Below, in pieces: positions 37,173 to 43,386 of a DNA stretch of 64,000 nucleotides (position 1 is its first letter; each line of letters opens with the position of its first letter). The position numbers and the translations under genes are program-made. The notes beneath the pieces were generated by a model, which was not told the origin of the DNA, made no database searches, and was given only the letters and a program-made list of their open reading frames with translations. This stretch comes from Candidatus Binataceae bacterium (GTDB taxonomy: Bacteria > Desulfobacterota > Binatia > Binatales > Binataceae), in the NCBI GenBank assembly GCA_041491005.1, contig JBGPUE010000010.1, positions 178 through 64,177 on the forward strand, given 5' to 3'.

Positions 37173-37583
37173 ATGAGACTGCTGTTCCGAAAGATTCTTT
37201 GTCCTATCGATTTCGACCGCATCGCGATCGGAGCAATCCAACTCGCGCGCGAGCTAGCCGGGCGAGACGGCGGCCTCGTCTACCTCTTGTGCGTCGTCCC
37301 CAAAGACCGGACTCGTCTGAAAGCCGACTTGGAGCAGGTCGCACACAACAGCTTGCGCGGGATTGGCCGCAAATGGTTCGAGGGAAAAGCGCCGTACGAG
37401 ATCCTCGTTCGCGCCGGCCGGCCAGCGCGGGCGGTGCTTGATGCGGCGGAGGAACTCGGCGTTGACGTCGTGGTGATGGCAACTCATGGGCGAACAGGAA
37501 CCAGGCGTGTGCGTCTGGGCAGCGTTACCGAGGAAGTGGTTCGGCAGTCGACACGACCGGTGGTGACAATCAGGCCAACGTAG
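37173..37583 (+). CDS. Universal stress protein (UspA family)
   Basis: MRLLFRKILCPIDFD... and the C-terminal VVVMATHGRTGTRRVRLGSVTEEVVRQSTRPVVTIRP (G-2x-G-9x-GS/T ATP-binding type). The listed ORF start at 37128 is probably an extension. Confidence 0.85.
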   Translation: MRLLFRKILCPIDFDRIAIGAIQLARELAGRDGGLVYLLCVVPKDRTRLKADLEQVAHNSLRGIGRKWFEGKAPYEILVRAGRPARAVLDAAEELGVDVVVMATHGRTGTRRVRLGSVTEEVVRQSTRPVVTIRPT

Positions 37584-37637
37584 GGCTTGGCCTGCTTCGT
37601 CGATCTTAACGCGCCAAATCGAGGAGGACATCGCACA

Positions 37638-37838
37638 ATGAGCAGATACAATTGGGACGAAATCAACCGCACGGTTGAGGACTTAACCAAGCGTTACAAC
37701 ATCGCAGCGGTCGACAGCGTGACCGTCGGTGGAAATAGCGATGGAGTCGAGTTGACGCTCACCTCGCTGACCCCCGAGCAAGCCGAGCAGATCTTCAGGC
37801 TCATCGGGCTCAAGCAAGTCGAGCTCACAGTGCTCTGA
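37638..37838 (+). CDS. Small hypothetical protein (66 aa)
   Basis: ATG at 37638 preceded by GAGGAGG at a good distance. The sequence MSRYNWDEINRTVEDLTKRYNIAAVDSVTVGGNSDGVELTLTSLTPEQAEQIFRLIGLKQVELTVL has no family I recognise. The coding call rests on the RBS and its position within the operon. Confidence 0.5.
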   Translation: MSRYNWDEINRTVEDLTKRYNIAAVDSVTVGGNSDGVELTLTSLTPEQAEQIFRLIGLKQVELTVL

Positions 37839-38109
37839 TCGCGCATCAAGCCGCCTCACTCTCTCGTTGACGGTCCGCAATGGTAGTCGTCGCGAAGAGC
37901 ACCCTTGTTCCGACGATACGGCGGAGTCGCGTAGATGCGGCGAGGCTGCTTCGTCCCCCGCTTCGATGCCGGGCCTCACGATGTTTGTGTGGAGCGATCC
38001 GGAGCGCGGCTGGCGCCTTTGGAAACACATCAGAGGGGGCTGGCTTACCGTGGTTCACTGTGGCCTACCCGGAAGCTGAGAATTCAGTGCAACGAATCCA
38101 GGAGTTCGA

Positions 38110-38125
38110 TGGCAAGTTTCTTGCG
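38110..38125 (+). promoter_or_regulatory. Candidate sigma-54 promoter of hsp20
   Basis: TGGCAAGTTTCTTGCG: TGGCA and TTGC at exact -24/-12 spacing, 47 nt upstream of the hsp20 ATG, which has a strong AAGGAGGAG SD. Confidence 0.55.
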
Positions 38126-38170
38126 ACACAGCATCATCGAACACCAACAATTTGAAAGGAGGAGAGATCA

Positions 38171-38623
38171 ATGGGAGCATTAACCCCATGGAGGCCGTTT
38201 CGCGAAATGGAGCGATGGGCGCGCAATCTGGAGGGCCGCTTTCCGCGAGTCTTTGAGGACTGGCCGTTTCGGGCCGAGGAAGCGGAGTTTCTGCCGCCGA
38301 TTGAGAGCTTCGTCCAGAACGGCAATATCGTCGTGCGCGCCGACGTTCCCGGACTGGAGGCCAAGGACATCGAGGTCAGCGTTTTGGGCAACGTGCTGAC
38401 GATCAAAGGCGAGCGCAGGGATCAGAAGGAAGTCAAGGCCGAGGATTACATCCGGCGCGAGATCTCCTACGGCTCCTTCGAGCGCAGGCTTACGCTGCCC
38501 GATGGCGCCGATGCCGACAAGGTCAAGGCGCAGTTCAAAAACGGGACGGTCGAGATCACGATGCCGATGGCCAAGGGCGCCAGCCCCAAGAAAGTGCTGG
38601 TGGAGAGCGCAGAGAAGAAGTAG
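38171..38623 (+). CDS. Hsp20 / alpha-crystallin family small heat-shock protein
   Basis: 150-aa ORF with an alpha-crystallin domain: PPIESFVQNGNIVVRADVPGLEAKDIEVSVLGNVLTIKGER...ISYGSFERRLTLP...KAQFKNGTVEITMP. Confidence 0.9.
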   Translation: MGALTPWRPFREMERWARNLEGRFPRVFEDWPFRAEEAEFLPPIESFVQNGNIVVRADVPGLEAKDIEVSVLGNVLTIKGERRDQKEVKAEDYIRREISYGSFERRLTLPDGADADKVKAQFKNGTVEITMPMAKGASPKKVLVESAEKK

Positions 38624-38734
38624 TCAATCGGTCACAGGGGCAGGCGGCTACCACGCATCGCAGTTGTGCCTGCCTCCCCCGCGGCACTGGATTGTCGCAG
38701 CTCACGCGGCCTGACGCGAAAGGAGGAGATTCAG

Positions 38735-39337
38735 ATGCCAGCCGGGTCGACGATCTTGAATACCAATCACGAGCGGGTCGAGAAGCTCCGAACAGTGCTA
38801 GTCAGCCAACGCGACCATGCGTGGGCAAGGGTGCGGGAGTTCCGTCACGACCAGGAAGGCGACGCGATTCCGCCGCCGGCGGATGAGATGGACCTGGCGC
38901 GTTCGACCGCCGACCTCGAGACTCATGCGAGCCTGATCGAACAAGCGGAAGACCGGCTCGCACAAATCGACGACGCGCTGGCGCGGCTCAACGAAGGCCG
39001 CTATGGGATCTGCGCAAAATGCGTCGAGGAGATCGCGGTCGAGCGTCTCAACACGCTGCCCTTCGTGCTGTACTGCGTCGATTGCCAGCGCGAACTCAAC
39101 CGTGCGCGCCGCCGCGGCGAGGGCAGCCTGTCGCGCAGTTTCGGCCGCCGCTGGGAGACGCCGCTGGAGATGGATGAATCGCTGGAGAGGACCGACGCGA
39201 TGAGCCAGCCCGAGGAAGAAACCACCATACGCGAAGGCCGGCCTTTCGGCCGCGAAGAGGGCACTCCAGACCACGGCCGGATGCCGCGTACGGGCAGGGG
39301 CTTGGTTCGGCGCGGACGGCCCAAGCGCAGTGCGTAG
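38735..39337 (+). CDS. DksA/TraR-family C4 zinc-finger protein with a long basic C-terminal extension
   Basis: ATG at 38735 after AAGGAGGA. It has a coiled-coil region with DEMDLA (DxxDxA tip motif) and the zinc finger CAKC-x17-CVDC. About 80 further residues are rich in Arg/Glu/Gly. Confidence 0.8.
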   Translation: MPAGSTILNTNHERVEKLRTVLVSQRDHAWARVREFRHDQEGDAIPPPADEMDLARSTADLETHASLIEQAEDRLAQIDDALARLNEGRYGICAKCVEEIAVERLNTLPFVLYCVDCQRELNRARRRGEGSLSRSFGRRWETPLEMDESLERTDAMSQPEEETTIREGRPFGREEGTPDHGRMPRTGRGLVRRGRPKRSA

Positions 39338-39355
39338 TCGCGCAGGGGATACCGG

Positions 39356-39802
39356 ATGAGCAAACTATTCAACCGGATTCTCTGCCCGATCGCGTTCGAG
39401 CACGAGTCGTTGAGCGCCCTCGATCTGGCCATAGCGATCGCGCAGCAGAACGACGCGACCCTCGTGCTGCTCAACGTCGCGCCGCTCCCAATCGGAGCCG
39501 GCGAATTCGCGCCGACGCTCGATCCGTATCCCGCGATCGAGCAAGTGGCGCGCGAACGGCTTGAGCGACTGGCCCACGATCGGCTTGAAGGCAAGGTCGC
39601 ATACAACACCCATGTCGTCGCGGGCGATCCGGCGACGCAGATCCTCCGTGCGATCGAGGCCTTCGCCGCCGATCTGGTCGTGATGGGGACGCATGGGCGC
39701 AAGGGCGTCAAACATCTGCTGTTGGGGAGCGTCGCGGAGAAGGTCGTGCGCGAGTCACCGCGGCCTGTGCTGACCGTGCGTCCCGCAGAGGAAGCGCGCT
39801 GA
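39356..39802 (+). CDS. Universal stress protein (UspA family)
   Basis: 148-aa ORF with NRILCPIAFEHES... and LVVMGTHGRKGVKHLLLGSVAEKVVRESPRPVLTVRP. Confidence 0.85.
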   Translation: MSKLFNRILCPIAFEHESLSALDLAIAIAQQNDATLVLLNVAPLPIGAGEFAPTLDPYPAIEQVARERLERLAHDRLEGKVAYNTHVVAGDPATQILRAIEAFAADLVVMGTHGRKGVKHLLLGSVAEKVVRESPRPVLTVRPAEEAR

Positions 39803-39828
39803 CGGCTTGATACGCGGGAGGCAGACAC

Positions 39829-40479
39829 TTGCAGATAACTACCGACTCAGTTGAACTTGAGGGCGACCTCGAGATGCCGGCGGGCGTTGCGCGGGGAATC
39901 GTGATCTTCGCGCATGGGAGCGGAAGCAGCAGGCTCAGCCCGCGTAACATGTACGTGGCTGCCCGTTTGCGTGCGGCCGGAGTCGCCACATTGCTTTTCG
40001 ACCTGCTCACCGAGGCCGAGGCGCTGGATCGCCAAAACGTCTTCGATATGGAGCTGCTCGCCCGCCGCTTGCGGGCCGCTACCGCATCGGTGCGCCGCCA
40101 TCGGCTCGCCGGGATACTACCGGTCGGCTATTTCGGCGCCAGTACCGGCGCTGCTGCTGCACTAATCGCCGCAACGCGCGATCCAGCGATCACCGCGATC
40201 GTGTCGCGCGGTGGGCGACCCGACCTCGCGGGAGATGCGCTCGCTCAGGTGAAGGCGCCGACGCTGCTCATCGTCGGCGGCGAAGACCGCGAAGTGCTGG
40301 AGTTGAATCGGCGCGCGCTCAGGCGCCTGAGCTGCGAGAAAGAACTCCGGGTAGTTCCGGGTGCGACGCATCTGTTCGAGGAGCCGGGAACGCTCGACGA
40401 GGTAGTGAAGCTCGCCAGCGATTGGTTCGTGCGCCATCTGCACGCTCACCCGGGCGAAAAGGAGACCCATGTTCACTAA
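39829..40479 (+). CDS. Dienelactone-hydrolase-like alpha/beta hydrolase
   Basis: 216-aa ORF (TTG start as listed) with GIVIFAHGSGSSRLSPRNMYVAARLRAAGVATLLFDLLT and the nucleophile elbow FGASTGAAAAL. Its 3' end overlaps the next gene by 11 nt. Confidence 0.8.
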   Translation: MQITTDSVELEGDLEMPAGVARGIVIFAHGSGSSRLSPRNMYVAARLRAAGVATLLFDLLTEAEALDRQNVFDMELLARRLRAATASVRRHRLAGILPVGYFGASTGAAAALIAATRDPAITAIVSRGGRPDLAGDALAQVKAPTLLIVGGEDREVLELNRRALRRLSCEKELRVVPGATHLFEEPGTLDEVVKLASDWFVRHLHAHPGEKETHVH

Positions 40480-41173
40480 TCGCCAGGATGCGGGACGCCG
40501 GCTCGCCAAGGCTCTCGCCCGCTACAAGGATGACCATCCCGTCGTGCTGGCACTGCCGCGCGGTGGAGTTCCGGTCGGTTTCGAGGTAGCCAAGGCGCTG
40601 AGCGCGCCGCTGGACATTATCGTCGTGCGCAAGCTGGGCGCTCCCGGACAACACGAGCTGGGGATCGGCGCGGTCGTCGACGGCGACCATCCGCAGACCG
40701 TGCTCAATGAGGAACTGCTGCGAAGGATCGATGTGCCCAAGAGTTACCTCGAAGCAGAGATCCTGCGCGAGCTTGAGGAGATCCACCGCCGCCAGCAGAC
40801 CTACCGCAAGGGGCATCCACCGGTCGATCCAGCCGGGCGGATTGTAATCGTCGTCGATGATGGGATCGCGACTGGCGCCTCGATACGCGCGGCGTTGCGC
40901 GGTCTGCGAAAGCTCGCTCCCCGCCGTCTGGTGCTCGCCGTGCCGGTCGCACCCGCCGAGACGATCGAGTCGCTCAGAGCCGAGGTCGACGAGGTGGTTT
41001 GTCTTGCGACCCCGCCCGATTTCTTCGCTATCGGACAGTACTATGACGATTTCAGGCAGACTTCTGACGCGCAGGTAGTCGAGCTGCTCGACAAGGCGCG
41101 CAATCGTGTGCTGGCGCCCTCGCCGCCAGCGGCACGCTCTCCATCAGAAGAGAGCAAAGCGCCCTCCTGCTAG
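40469..41173 (+). CDS. Phosphoribosyltransferase-domain protein
   Basis: 234-aa ORF with MFTNRQDAGRRLAKAL...VVLALPRGGVPVG and the PRPP-binding loop IVIVVDDGIATGAS. Confidence 0.85.
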   Translation: MFTNRQDAGRRLAKALARYKDDHPVVLALPRGGVPVGFEVAKALSAPLDIIVVRKLGAPGQHELGIGAVVDGDHPQTVLNEELLRRIDVPKSYLEAEILRELEEIHRRQQTYRKGHPPVDPAGRIVIVVDDGIATGASIRAALRGLRKLAPRRLVLAVPVAPAETIESLRAEVDEVVCLATPPDFFAIGQYYDDFRQTSDAQVVELLDKARNRVLAPSPPAARSPSEESKAPSC

Positions 41174-41235
41174 TCGAGTTGCGTATCGTCATTATTGTAG
41201 TTTCAGGCCGTCGCTCTATCTGTGATCCTTAGCTT

Positions 41236-42183
41236 GTGCGCTGGGAATCGCGGGCAAAGGCAGCCCTGGCACTAGCCCGATGGACTGGCGGGCTGGTCTT
41301 GTGCGTTCTGTTACTCGTCGCCGAAGCCGCCGCTGACGAACTACCGCCGCTTGGCACGGCGCTGGTTGGGGGCGAGTTCTCCTACGTCGTGCGGCGTAGC
41401 GACTCGCTGCGAAGCATCGGCTCGCGCTATGGCGTGGAGCCCACGGCGCTGGCGGCGGTCAACGGGTTTGCCGCCTCGGCGCGCCTGCGCGTCGGACGGA
41501 CGCTTCGGATCGACAACCGCCACGTCGTGCCGCGCGCAGTCGCACGCGGAATATTGATCAACATTCCTCAGCGCTACCTGTTCCTGTTCCGCGGCGGCAA
41601 AGCGGATGTTGCCTGCCCGGTGGGGCTCGGCAGGCCATCGTGGCGCACTGTCACCGGGAAGTTTACCGTCATCGGCAAACGGACCGATCCGGTATGGACC
41701 GTGCCGGAATCGATACAACGCGAGATGAAGCGCGAGGGCAAAGAAGTCCGCAGCTGCGTGCCGCCGGGCCCCGGCAACCCGTTGGGCAGTTACGCCCTCG
41801 ACTTGAGCATCGCCAGCTACCTGATTCACGGTACGATCGCGCCGTCGAGCATCTACGCATTCCAGACCCACGGATGTATCAGGCTCCATCCCGACGACAT
41901 CGCGGCGCTGTTTGGCCGCGTTGAAGTCGGCGAGCCGGGCGAGATCATTTACCAGCCCGTGTTGCTCGCGCGCCTGGACAACGGGCGCATTTTTCTGGAG
42001 GTCAACCGCGATATCTACCGCAAGGCGGGCGACGCGATGTTGCTGGTAAGGGCGTGGGCGGAGACCTCCGGTCTTGACGGCGAAATTGATTGGCGGCAGG
42101 CAACGGCTGTCATCGAACGAAGGGAGGGAGTGGCGCGCGAGGTCGATCGAGCGGGCGGGCGGCTGTCTTTGTGGCGACATTGA
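41236..42183 (+). CDS. LysM-domain L,D-transpeptidase (YkuD family)
   Basis: 315-aa ORF (GTG start) with an N-terminal hydrophobic signal/anchor, a LysM domain (YVVRRSDSLRSIGSRYGVEPTALAAVNG) and the YkuD catalytic region LIHGTIAPSSIYAFQTHGCIRLHPDD. Confidence 0.85.
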   Translation: MRWESRAKAALALARWTGGLVLCVLLLVAEAAADELPPLGTALVGGEFSYVVRRSDSLRSIGSRYGVEPTALAAVNGFAASARLRVGRTLRIDNRHVVPRAVARGILINIPQRYLFLFRGGKADVACPVGLGRPSWRTVTGKFTVIGKRTDPVWTVPESIQREMKREGKEVRSCVPPGPGNPLGSYALDLSIASYLIHGTIAPSSIYAFQTHGCIRLHPDDIAALFGRVEVGEPGEIIYQPVLLARLDNGRIFLEVNRDIYRKAGDAMLLVRAWAETSGLDGEIDWRQATAVIERREGVAREVDRAGGRLSLWRH

Positions 42184-42205
42184 TTGGCAACCCGTGGCGG
42201 CTATC

Positions 42206-42850
42206 ATGGATCGCATCGATGAGGTTCTTACGGGTCGGTCGATGAATCGCAAGAACAGGCCTCCATCCGAGCAGCGGGCCGCGGCTGAACTGAATGAGCC
42301 GCGCGTCATGCTGACCCGCCGCGGTTTCATGCGGGTCGCCACCGTAGCGGCCGCAACCGCGTTGATCCCGCATCGGGCGCTGGCCGGGCTGCGGCTGCCG
42401 GTCGCCCCGGCACGCTCTCTCGCGCTGCACAATCTCCATACCGGTGAATCGTTCCGTGCGGTCTACTGGACGGCGGGTGGCTACATCCGCGAAGCCGTGG
42501 AGAATATCAACTTCATTCTACGCGACTTTCGCACCGGCGAGATCAAGCCGATTAACCCGGGTTTGCTCGACCTGATGCACGCGATCGCGGGCCGCCTCGA
42601 TACCCGCGAACCCTTCCTCATCATCTCGGGCTACCGCTCGGCCGCGACCAATGCGATGCTGCGCGCGCACGGCGAAGGTGTGTCGCCGCGAAGCCTCCAT
42701 ATGAAGGGGATGGCCGCCGACATCCGCTTGCCGGGCCGGGAGCTCTCGGCGCTGCACAATGCGGCGCTCGCGCTGCACCGGGGCGGCGTCGGCTTCTATC
42801 CAAAGTCGGACTTCGTACATATCGACGTCGGCCGAGTGCGCTGGTGGTAG
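42206..42850 (+). CDS. DUF882 / peptidase M15A murein endopeptidase (MepK/YcbK-like), Tat-exported
   Basis: Twin-arginine signal TRRGFMRVATVAAATALIPHRALA, plus ISGYRS, SLHMKGMAADIRLPG and DFVHIDVGRVRWW. The start is ambiguous (Met at 42206, 42242 or 42308); the listed ORF start at 42074 overlaps the ldt gene. Confidence 0.8.
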   Translation: MDRIDEVLTGRSMNRKNRPPSEQRAAAELNEPRVMLTRRGFMRVATVAAATALIPHRALAGLRLPVAPARSLALHNLHTGESFRAVYWTAGGYIREAVENINFILRDFRTGEIKPINPGLLDLMHAIAGRLDTREPFLIISGYRSAATNAMLRAHGEGVSPRSLHMKGMAADIRLPGRELSALHNAALALHRGGVGFYPKSDFVHIDVGRVRWW

Positions 42851-42886
42851 GCCGGCCGGGTTCCGATCGCGTTCCTGGTTGCTCGC

Positions 42887-43384
42887 ATGTCGGCGGCGGC
42901 GAAAACATTCATGAAGCCTGACCGCAACTGGGATCGTACGGCGATTCTTGCGATTGCCTCGCGGCAAAGCGCAAAGCCGGGCGCGCTGATGCTGGTCCTG
43001 CGGGAGATTCAGGACCGCTTCGGTTTCATCCCTCCTGACTGCGTGCCGACAATCGCCCAGGCGCTCAACCTGTCGCGAGCAGAAGTCCACGGCGTCATCA
43101 GCTTCTACCATGACTTCCGCGCCAAGCCCGCAGGCAGACACCTCTTGCGCGTCTGCCGCGCGGAATCGTGCCAGGCGATGGGCGCAGTCGAGCTGCTCTC
43201 TCACATCAAGAAGCGCACGGGAATCGGCCTCGGCGAGACGAGCGAAGATGGCACGTTTACGCTCGAGCCCGTCTATTGTCTTGGCAACTGTGCCTGCTCG
43301 CCGGCAATCGTGATCGATGGCGAGCTTCATGGCCGCGTTACAGCCGACGCCTTCGATCATTTGATCGCGGGTCTCAGGGAATAG
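42887..43384 (+). CDS. fdsG: NAD-dependent formate dehydrogenase gamma subunit (NuoE-like 2Fe-2S)
   Basis: 165-aa ORF with the thioredoxin-like 2Fe-2S Cys pattern CRAESCQAMG...CLGNCACSP. Confidence 0.85.
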   Translation: MSAAAKTFMKPDRNWDRTAILAIASRQSAKPGALMLVLREIQDRFGFIPPDCVPTIAQALNLSRAEVHGVISFYHDFRAKPAGRHLLRVCRAESCQAMGAVELLSHIKKRTGIGLGETSEDGTFTLEPVYCLGNCACSPAIVIDGELHGRVTADAFDHLIAGLRE

Positions 43385-43386
43385 CA

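Noticed and set aside
38682-38698. A sigma-54-like element CGGCACTGGATTGTCGC upstream of the DksA-like gene.
   Set aside because: The -24 half (GGCAC) is perfect, but the -12 half is TTGT and one position too close (or GC two positions too far). Sigma-54 promoters tolerate spacing changes poorly, so it is not counted, although it deserves a PWM score.
39820-39833. A GGCAGACACTTGCA element at the start of the hydrolase gene.
   Set aside because: The spacer between the GG and GC elements is one nucleotide short, and the TTG of the motif is the listed start codon itself. The gene is more likely co-transcribed with the upstream usp.
43168-43386. The 5' extension of the fdsB ORF as listed (start 43168).
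   Set aside because: It overlaps 217 nt of fdsG in another frame and translates to Arg-rich nonsense. An in-frame GTG at 43387, right after the fdsG stop, gives a typical FdsB N-terminus.
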